A stretch of 64,000 nucleotides of DNA, taken from assembly GCA_963703225.1 (NCBI GenBank), contig OY969801.1, positions 2,976,001 to 3,040,000 of the forward strand, in the 5' to 3' direction. Shown here one piece after another: positions 56,879-64,000 of this stretch. The first letter of the stretch is position 1, and the number at the start of each line of letters is the position of its first letter. Both the position numbers and the translations under genes were made by a program. The notes below the pieces were generated by a model. The model searched no databases and was not told the DNA's origin. It saw only the letters and a list, made by a program, of their open reading frames with translations. The stretch comes from Candidatus Eiseniibacteriota bacterium (GTDB taxonomy: Bacteria; Eisenbacteria; RBG-16-71-46; SZUA-252).

Positions 56879-57041
56879 GGCGTGTTCCTTTCGAGGGGCG
56901 GAGAGGGTGTGGATCCCATCCTGAGCATCGCGTGATGGTTTCGGAGCGCACGGTCCGCGGATCGGCGGCTCGGCCTGATCCCGCGACTCGCCGTTCAGGC
57001 AGCCGGGACGGCACCGCCATCGACTACATGAATAGGTCGGG

Positions 57042-58029
57042 TTAACGTGGCGAGACCGACTCGTCGAAGAGCGGCGGAATCAGCTCCACCATCGCGACCA
57101 CGTCGAGCAGGTTGTGGTGGAAGACAGGCAGCAGCCGGTGCGGCTCCCCCCGCTTGACGTAGTCGTGATATAGCCCCGGGATCTCGGCCCCCGAGACATC
57201 GCCCGCGCGGCGCCGACGCAGCACCCGCCATTCGAGAGTTTTCAGCCTACAGTCGGGCAAATCCGCCTTCCAGCGTCGCCGAGCAAGCCACAGGAGATCG
57301 AGGTGCGGCAGCTCCGCGGGGAATCGCATGCGATGGTGCGTCGTGCGGTCGCGGAGAAACGGCACGTCGAACGACTTTCCGTTGAACGTCACCAGAAAGT
57401 CGAATTGGCGAATCAGCTTGGCAAGCTCGTGAAGAAGCGCCCGCTCCTCGGTGTAGTCGCGCGCGAAGAGCTGCCGAAGGACGATATTCCGCTCGACGAT
57501 CATGCCCAGCCCGACCAGGAAGACCGGCGCCGCCGAAAGCCCGCAGGTCTCGATGTCCAGGAAGAGCATCTTCCGATGTCCGAAGCGACGGAAGAGACCA
57601 CGCTCGCGCGAATCCACCTCAGCGACCGCGTCCGGAAGCTCTCGCACGCGGGATCGGTGGCGACGTTTCGCCCGCTCGATATCGTCGTATCTCGAGAGGG
57701 CCGGAGCCGACAGGGCCGCGAATTGCTTGAGAAGCGGGGCCGGCCGCTCGCCCAAATCGGTGTAGAGACGCTCGTGGATGAAGAGCGAACCCTGCGGTCC
57801 CGTCAAGACGCCGCCAGGCAAGATCTCCTCGATACCGGTGCGAAAAATGAGGCGTTCTTGGATGACGACCGAATCGCACACCGCAGCCATGCGCGTCGCG
57901 GCTGTGCCCGTCGCAGCCAAGCGAGTCGCGGCGGTCCGAGACCCGCTGGCGCGGGAGACAGTCGTCCAGACGCGGCTCGGCCCCACGGGCCATCGCGCCG
58001 AGTCGCTCTCTTAACGCGCGGGAAATCAT
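57042..58029 (-). CDS. RNase H-like DEDDh exonuclease (YprB/MrfB-like); probable +1 indel near the 5' end
   Basis: FLDIETCGL, VTFNGKSFDVPFL, HLDLL, HHNLLDV. ATG 58029 (MISRALRERL) is 1 nt out of frame with ORF 57042..57986. Confidence 0.85.
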
Positions 58030-58052
58030 GATCCCGTTGTGAGGGCCACGGG

Positions 58053-60503
58053 CTAGGCCCCCAGCATCCGTCGGAGAAGCGCCACGGTCGCGCCCTTGCT
58101 TGGGATCGGCCATCCGCCGTGGAGATCGTAGTCCTGCTGCTGCGCGGGTCGGAGGATCGGGAGCCCGACGCAGGAGGGGCAACCCATTTCACAGGGACAG
58201 TCCTCCACCATGCGCCGAGCCGCACCGATCAACTCATCCACCAGGGCGTAGCCTCGCTCCGCATAGCCCAACCCGCCGGGGTATCGGTCGTAGAGAAAGA
58301 TCGCTTGCTGCCCAAGGTTCCCGCTGTCGAGTATTCCGCCCAGATCGGGCCGGTCGCACATCACGTGGAGCGGGAGGAGCGTGATGAGAAGATTTCGCAG
58401 CCCCGACATCCCCTCCGCGGGGTTCCGCCCCTGCACCCGCACCGACGCGCGGACGCTCTCCTCGGGACGGATCCAGAGCGCGACGGTTTCCAGATTCTGG
58501 CGCGGCAAATCCAGCGGGTGATATCCGATCGCGTCCAGGCTGCGAAACCGGATCTTCTTCATCGCGACGGTCGCCCACGACACGTCAGCGGTGCCGAGCC
58601 CCACTTCGCACTCGTTCCACCGACGGGTCTCCCTCGACTCCAACAGCTTGAGCCGCGTGTCGAGGACGGGCTGCGTGTAGTAGTCGACCTCGCGACGTTC
58701 CACGTACGCGATCTTCTGCTTCAAGTCCAGCTCCCGGACGAAGTAGGTATCCCCCTCGTGGAGGTAGATCGCCTCAGGATAGACCAGCTCCGGCGCGCTG
58801 ATCGCGTCCACCGTCGCGAGGACGGCGTTCTCGGCCCCCTGATCCAGGATCGTGAACGTGTCGTCGGAGATCGTCCGCAGACTCACCTTTCCCGCCGGGT
58901 AATCGGCGGACGACCAGTACCGGAGCCCGTCGAGGGATTTCATGCTGCCGTCCTCTTCCAGGAGCGCGGCGATTTGCGGCGCGCGCGATCCGAAGAGCGC
59001 CTCGTCGTCGGGCGAGAGCGGCAGCTCGTAGGCCGCGCAGGCGAGGTGGGACGCGAGGACGTAGGGATTCTCGGGATCGAGCACCGCGCTCTCCGGCGTC
59101 TGCCGGAAGAAGTGCTCCGGGTGCCGCATGAGGTACTGGTCGATCGGATCGTCGTACGCCACGACGACCGCAAGCGCAGGGTGCCGCGATCGCCCGGCGC
59201 GGCCCGCCTGCTGCCAGGTGCTGGCGATGGTGTTGGGGAAGCCGACGAGCACCGCCGCGTCGAGCGAGCCGACGTCGATCCCCAGCTCGAGCGCGTTGGT
59301 CGAGATCACGCCGCGCAGCTCTCCGTCGAAGAGCCGGCGTTCGATCGCGCGGCGCTCTTCGGGGAGATAGCCGCCTCGGTAGGGACTCAGCTTCTCCGCG
59401 AGCCCGTCCTTGTCCCGCTCCAGTCGCTCACGCGCGTAGCGGAAGATCAGCTCGGCCGAGACGCGGGACTTGGTGAAGACGATCGACTGCGCGCCACGTC
59501 GCATGAGCCCCACAAGGATCCGCTCGGCTTCCGCGGAGGTGCTGGCGCGGCCCGCGCCCTCGGTCTCCGCGTGCCGCGGATTCCAGAACGCGAAGAGCTT
59601 GGGGCCGCGCGGCGCGCCGTCCTCGTCCACCACGTCCACGTCGTCCCCCACGAGCAGCTCCGCCAGCTCGCCGGGGTTTCGGATCGTCGCGGAGGAGAGG
59701 ATGAATCGCGGGTCGGCGCCGTAGTGCCGCGCGACCCGGCGGAGACGGCGCAGCACGTTGGCCACGTGCGAGCCGAAGATGCCGCGGTAGGTGTGCACTT
59801 CGTCGACCACGACGTAGCGGAGGTTGGAGAGCACGCGGCTCCAGCGGGAGTGATACGGAAGGATTCCCTGGTGGAGCATGTCCGGGTTGGTGAGGATCGC
59901 GTTCGCCTGCTCGCGGAACTTTCGTCGCGTCTGGCCTGGCGTGTCGCCGTCGTAGGTGCCCGCGACGAGCGCGCGGCGCAGCGCGGGCGAGCCTTCGGCG
60001 AAGCGCGTGAGCCCGCGAAGCTGGTCCTGGGCGAGCGCCTTGGTCGGGAAGAGGTAGAGCGCGACCGCGAGCGGGTCGCGGAGGAGCCGCTCCAAGATCG
60101 GAACGTGGTACGCGAGCGATTTCCCCGACGCCGTTCCGGTCGCGATCACCACGTTCCTCTCGGCCCGCGCGAGATCGATCGCGCGCGCCTGGTGCGAGTA
60201 CAGCCGGCTGATCTCCTGCGCCTCCAATGCCTGTCGGAGCGTGGCGGGGAGCGGACGCTCCAGCTCGCCATAGACCGCCTCGCGCGCTGGGAGCCGCTCT
60301 AAGTGAACCAGTTCGGAGGGGCGGCGGCGCCTGCCGTCCTCGGTGTCGATCCATTCGCGCCGCCGCGGCCCGGCGCCACCCGTCGCAAGCGACGCGAGGA
60401 GGGCCTCGAATTCGGCCAGGGTCTCGGGCGATTCCTTGTCCGGGGCCCGTTCGAAGAGTCCCGGACCGCGCGGGGTGAGAGGAGAGTCGGCCCGCACGTT
60501 CAC
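58053..60503 (-). CDS. DEAD/DEAH helicase with DUF1998 Zn domain (YprA/MrfA-like)
   Basis: TGTASGKS, PTKALAQDQ, DEVH, SAT, TNALELGIDVG, QQAGRAGR, CPCEMGCPSC; GTG overlaps the DUF72 stop. Confidence 0.93.
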   Translation of the reverse strand: MNVRADSPLTPRGPGLFERAPDKESPETLAEFEALLASLATGGAGPRRREWIDTEDGRRRRPSELVHLERLPAREAVYGELERPLPATLRQALEAQEISRLYSHQARAIDLARAERNVVIATGTASGKSLAYHVPILERLLRDPLAVALYLFPTKALAQDQLRGLTRFAEGSPALRRALVAGTYDGDTPGQTRRKFREQANAILTNPDMLHQGILPYHSRWSRVLSNLRYVVVDEVHTYRGIFGSHVANVLRRLRRVARHYGADPRFILSSATIRNPGELAELLVGDDVDVVDEDGAPRGPKLFAFWNPRHAETEGAGRASTSAEAERILVGLMRRGAQSIVFTKSRVSAELIFRYARERLERDKDGLAEKLSPYRGGYLPEERRAIERRLFDGELRGVISTNALELGIDVGSLDAAVLVGFPNTIASTWQQAGRAGRSRHPALAVVVAYDDPIDQYLMRHPEHFFRQTPESAVLDPENPYVLASHLACAAYELPLSPDDEALFGSRAPQIAALLEEDGSMKSLDGLRYWSSADYPAGKVSLRTISDDTFTILDQGAENAVLATVDAISAPELVYPEAIYLHEGDTYFVRELDLKQKIAYVERREVDYYTQPVLDTRLKLLESRETRRWNECEVGLGTADVSWATVAMKKIRFRSLDAIGYHPLDLPRQNLETVALWIRPEESVRASVRVQGRNPAEGMSGLRNLLITLLPLHVMCDRPDLGGILDSGNLGQQAIFLYDRYPGGLGYAERGYALVDELIGAARRMVEDCPCEMGCPSCVGLPILRPAQQQDYDLHGGWPIPSKGATVALLRRMLGA

Positions 60504-61402
60504 AGGAGCCCCTCCCCTTCCAGAAGTCTTCGCATGAGCTTGGCCCCGGTCGCGGCCTGTCCCACGTGGCAATTGTTGAAGAAGACGAAGGTCTTCTTGG
60601 CCTTCGTCGAAAGCTCGCGAATCTTCACGACCCATTCTTTCAGCTCGGCCTCCGAGTAGAGGTAATCGTACCGGTCGCCAGGGTTCCATGGGCTGGGCGT
60701 GACCTCCGTGGTGGACCCGTCCTTCGCGAAGAGAGGCCCGAAGTCGTCCAGGGGGCGGATGCGCCGAGTCGACGTGGACGGCGCCGCGTATTCCTTCATT
60801 CCGGAATTGGGCTGCCACCAATTCACCTTGTTTCGTCCGTGGAGACGGACGTAGGCGACGGCCGCCGTTGCCCGCGCGACGGGCGGAACGAGGCCCGGGA
60901 GATCCGGCTCGTCGACGCTCACGTACCCGAGCCCCTCGCTCTCCATCCACGGGAACAGGTCATCCTTGATCCAGGAATCATGGCGAAATTCGACGAAGAG
61001 CGGCGCCTCGGGGAGGAGCTGTTTCAGCGCGACCAGAAACCCTTCGTTCTGCTTCGTCCGCCGAAACGCGAACGGGAACTGCGCCAGGACGCCGTTCAAC
61101 TTGCCCGCGAGCCGGAGCGGATCGACGGCGCGGCCGAAGGACCGATAGAGCTCGTGGTCGAGGCTTCGCTTGTGGGTCATGTCGTGGTGCGCCTTGACGA
61201 CGAACTCGAACCCGGCCGGCGTCTTTCTCTCCATCGCGTCCAACGTGCTGGGCGGAGGAATCCGGTAGTAGGTCGCGTTGACCTCGACTGCCGGGAAGTG
61301 TTTGGCGTAGTAGTCGAGCATCTTCCCCCGCTCGGTGCCGGCGGGATAGAAGGGGCCAACCCAGTCGGGGAAGGAAAATCCGGACGTGCCGATCAGGATC
61401 AT
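60500..61402 (-). CDS. DUF72 family protein
   Basis: IGTSGFSFPDWVGPFYP, VEVNATYY, QFP, EFRH, YVRLHGRN, YDYLYS, FFNN. Confidence 0.92.
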   Translation of the reverse strand: MILIGTSGFSFPDWVGPFYPAGTERGKMLDYYAKHFPAVEVNATYYRIPPPSTLDAMERKTPAGFEFVVKAHHDMTHKRSLDHELYRSFGRAVDPLRLAGKLNGVLAQFPFAFRRTKQNEGFLVALKQLLPEAPLFVEFRHDSWIKDDLFPWMESEGLGYVSVDEPDLPGLVPPVARATAAVAYVRLHGRNKVNWWQPNSGMKEYAAPSTSTRRIRPLDDFGPLFAKDGSTTEVTPSPWNPGDRYDYLYSEAELKEWVVKIRELSTKAKKTFVFFNNCHVGQAATGAKLMRRLLEGEGLL

Positions 61403-61429
61403 GGGGCCATCATTCGAGGTTGGAGGAGA

Positions 61430-62635
61430 TCACTCGAGGGCGCCGGCCCTCACCAGCGCCGCGTCCCCGAAGCGGTTCCGAAGCGAATCGACCGCCTCGG
61501 TCATTTTACGTCTGTGCTCGTCGGTATCGAAGAGGCTTGGCTGCTCGGCGACGCCCGACTCGGCAAGGCCAGAGACAGAGACCCCGATCAGCCGTAAGGG
61601 GCGGCCGTCCCAGTTCTCGTCCAGGAGCGCCAGCGCGACCTTGTAGATCTGGGTTTCGTCGCTCATGAGACTGGGAAGGGCGCGCTGGCGAATGGTGGTT
61701 TTGAATTTTGCGTCCCGGATCTTCAGGGAGACGACCCGTCCGAGATATCCATCCTGCCTCAGGCGACGCGCGACCTGATCGCTCAACCGGAGGAGGTGTG
61801 CGCCGATACGCTCCCGCGAATCGATATCTTCGGATAGCGTGAACTCATGCCCCATCGACTTGACAGGTACGCCCTTGTAGTACGGAACGACCTCACCGTC
61901 GTCGTCCCCGAGCGCCGCGTCCCGCATCCGGTCGCCGTTCAAGCCGAAGTGGTACGTCAGGAATTCCTTGGGAAAGTGGGCGAGCTGCCCGACGGTTTGG
62001 ATCCCCAACTTCTCCAGCGCGACCCGCGTCTTTTCGCCGATGCCCCAGAGCTCTTTCACGTCGAGAGGCCAGAAGTGCCGTCGGTATCGTTCCTGGGTCA
62101 GCACGGTCAACCCCCGAGGCTTCTTCACGCCGCTCGCCATCTTCGCGATGTACTTGTTCGGCCCGATCCCGATCGTCGCGTCGAGGTCGGTCCGGCGGTG
62201 AATGGCGCGCTGGATGGCCCGTGCCACCGGGATGGCCGTGTCCAACACCGCCCCCGGGTCGCGGGTGTCGATGTCGCCCCGCGCTGCCACCAGCCTCGGC
62301 GCCCCCGTAAGGTCGAGAAACGCCTCGTCGATGCTGAATGGCTCGACGATGGGGGTGAAGTCTTTCAGGATTTCGAGAATTTGAAGCGAGACGTGGACGT
62401 ACTTCTGGGGATTGCCTTCGACCAGCGTGAGGTCAGGACAGAGCCGGAGTGCCTCCGCGTTCGGCATCCCCGCCCGTACCCCGAACTCCCGAGCCGCGTA
62501 GTTGGCCGACGAGACGACCCCCCGCCGCTTGAGATCGCCCCCCACCGCGAGCGGAATCCCCGCGAGCCGCGGATTCATCTTCTCCTCGACCGAGGCGAAG
62601 AACGCGTCCATATCGACGTGGGCGACGATGCGCAC
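61430..62635 (-). CDS. dinB: DNA polymerase IV (Y family)
   Basis: HVDMDAFFASVE, SANYAAR, SIDEAFLD, AKMAS, LRLIGV, clamp motif QPSLF. Confidence 0.95.
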   Translation of the reverse strand: MRIVAHVDMDAFFASVEEKMNPRLAGIPLAVGGDLKRRGVVSSANYAAREFGVRAGMPNAEALRLCPDLTLVEGNPQKYVHVSLQILEILKDFTPIVEPFSIDEAFLDLTGAPRLVAARGDIDTRDPGAVLDTAIPVARAIQRAIHRRTDLDATIGIGPNKYIAKMASGVKKPRGLTVLTQERYRRHFWPLDVKELWGIGEKTRVALEKLGIQTVGQLAHFPKEFLTYHFGLNGDRMRDAALGDDDGEVVPYYKGVPVKSMGHEFTLSEDIDSRERIGAHLLRLSDQVARRLRQDGYLGRVVSLKIRDAKFKTTIRQRALPSLMSDETQIYKVALALLDENWDGRPLRLIGVSVSGLAESGVAEQPSLFDTDEHRRKMTEAVDSLRNRFGDAALVRAGALE

Positions 62636-62641
62636 CCGCGA

Positions 62642-62938
62642 TCATCCCTCCATCCACACCCGGGTGAGCTGCCAGGTCATCTCGCGCGAGTCGTAGCGAA
62701 TCTCGTAGAAGTCGGCGTTGTCGGCGAGGAGCGCGAAGTAGTGGATCTTGTTCTGGCCCTCGTGGCGGACCCAATCGCCGGTCACCTTGGCGATCTTGAC
62801 CGTCTTGTTCTTCCAGCGGAAGCGGATCGGCTTCATCCGCCCCGCGGCGAACATGGTGATGACCTCAATGGGATCGTGGATCGACTCGATCATGAAATAT
62901 CCGTCTTGTTCTTTCGGAAACGAGTACGCATGGAGCAT
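62642..62938 (-). CDS. Small DUF6504-like protein
   Basis: PIEV...PIRFRWK...W...YF...YEIRYD...WQLTRV; ATG overlaps the lexA stop (alternative ATG 62893). Confidence 0.7.
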   Translation of the reverse strand: MLHAYSFPKEQDGYFMIESIHDPIEVITMFAAGRMKPIRFRWKNKTVKIAKVTGDWVRHEGQNKIHYFALLADNADFYEIRYDSREMTWQLTRVWMEG

Positions 62939-63657
62939 CAGCCAAGCCTCCGGTGGACGCCGACCACCCGGCCCGCCACGCGCACTTCGGGATCGGTAGG
63001 GCGGACCTCGATCGGCTTGTAGTCGTCGTTCTCGGGAATCAGGAGAATCTTGTCGCGGCGCGGGAAGACCCGCTTCACCGTCGCCTCGTCGCCGATCAGG
63101 ACCACGGCGATTTCGCCGCTCTTGACCTCCGACTCGTGGCGGACGATGACGAGATCCCCGTCCAGGATTCCCGCGTTCTTCATGCTGTCGCCCCGGACGC
63201 GGAGGGCGAAGTGCTTGCCGGGCCGCACGAGCGCGCCGTCCACGATGAGCACGTCCTCGATGTTCTCTTCGGCAAGGATCGGCGCGCCGGCGGCCACACG
63301 GCCCAAGATCGGGATTTCGTACGATTCGGGGGTGCGGCGGGCGAAGCGGGATGCGACCCCGTGCGGCACGGATTCTGCCGGCTCCGCCGCTTGCAGCTCG
63401 ATCCCGCGCGACGTCCATCGGTCGCGGCGGATCCTCCCCGATTGTTCGAGACGGTCGAGGTAGTAACGGACCCCGTTGGTGGAGGCGATCCCGAGCGCGA
63501 CCCCGATCTCTCGGATCGTGGGCGGATAACCGCGCTCGCGGACCGACTCCGCGATGAAGTCGAGGACCTGCCCCTGGCGTTCCGCTCCCGTCGCCAGGTG
63601 GGCGGGGCGGCGCTTGCGGGCCGCGCCTGGGGTCTTGGGTCGAGTGGGCTTCTTCAT
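62938..63657 (-). CDS. lexA: SOS repressor LexA
   Basis: GYPPTIREIG wHTH, GRVAAG cleavage site, GDSM Ser, TVKR Lys. Confidence 0.96.
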   Translation of the reverse strand: MKKPTRPKTPGAARKRRPAHLATGAERQGQVLDFIAESVRERGYPPTIREIGVALGIASTNGVRYYLDRLEQSGRIRRDRWTSRGIELQAAEPAESVPHGVASRFARRTPESYEIPILGRVAAGAPILAEENIEDVLIVDGALVRPGKHFALRVRGDSMKNAGILDGDLVIVRHESEVKSGEIAVVLIGDEATVKRVFPRRDKILLIPENDDYKPIEVRPTDPEVRVAGRVVGVHRRLG

Positions 63658-63667
63658 GACGTAAGGA

Positions 63668-63696
63668 AGGATACTGCACATTTGTGCAGTTGTCAA
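63668..63696 (-). promoter_or_regulatory. lexA promoter containing a candidate LexA box
   Basis: TTGACA-N17-TATCCT; the spacer holds the palindrome ACTGCACA-TT-TGTGCAGT (63673-63690). Confidence 0.85.
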
Positions 63697-63872
63697 GGGG
63701 CGGGAGCGAGGGGGCGGTAAATTCCTTCAATTCCCTTGCTGCACAGCGACTTCCCCGTAGTATGCGAAGGCTGTCGATGGAAGATTGAAGGACGTAGACT
63801 TCGACGCGTATCCGGTTATCGTGGGGCCGTCTACTCGTGAGTCATCCGAGCCAGAGGCAAGAGGAGGCAGCG

Positions 63873-64000
63873 GTGAAGGCAGCGCTCAAAGGCGGCGCCG
63901 TGGCGGTCGGATACGCTGCCGCCATCCTCATCGCCTTCGCGGCCGTTTCCATCCGCGTAGCGAACACAAGCGGTCCAGACGCACAAGCATCCAGCGGCAT
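63873..64000 (+). CDS. Membrane protein, partial (runs off the window)
   Basis: GAGGAGG RBS, GTG start, hydrophobic VAVGYAAAILIAFAAVSI. Confidence 0.6.
   Translation, partial: MKAALKGGAVAVGYAAAILIAFAAVSIRVANTSGPDAQASSG

Larger units (their letters stand above)
56106..57041. mobile_element. Non-autonomous IS1380-derived cassette (936 bp) with TTAA direct repeats and a passenger gene
   Basis: Terminal IRs CCCGGACTATTCGTGAAG / CCCGACCTATTCATGTAG (14/18); TTAA at 56102-56105 and 57042-57045; transposase N-terminal stub. Confidence 0.75.

Noticed and set aside
58053..60503. DUF1998 helicase as a DISARM/Druantia defence component
   Set aside because: No methylase or other defence genes nearby; the RNase H-like partner and lexA context fit MrfAB-type repair.

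Overview
GC-rich bacterial chromosome segment. The lineage is probably an FCB-related candidate phylum such as Ca. Eisenbacteria; this is an inference from gene style and a Fibrobacter-like LexA box. It is mostly core genes. In order: a partial REC-GGDEF gene, tsaD, a complete F1F0 atp operon with an unusual in-frame AtpI-AtpB fusion, and an ECF sigma/ZAS anti-sigma pair. Next come a canonical cheA-W-mcp-Y-B-R-X cluster and, convergent with it, a sigma54/IHF-driven operon encoding CheW, a minimal MCP, a catalytically dead CheA, a STAS-GAF pseudo-HD-GYP, a REC-GAF-HD-GYP and an FG-GAP protein. Then guaB, tRNA-CAT-tilS-ftsH-folP-cdaA, a small accessory island with a CGNR regulator and a visible tandem operator, secreted hydrolases, two cold-shock genes with long structured leaders and a KimA-like transporter. 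The window ends with an IS1380-derived non-autonomous cassette carrying a passenger gene and an SOS operon (lexA-DUF6504-dinB-DUF72-MrfA-like helicase-MrfB-like exonuclease) with a perfect palindrome in the lexA promoter. About ten single-base +1 insertions break genes and are most likely sequencing or assembly errors. All family calls come from motif recognition by eye, not database searches.
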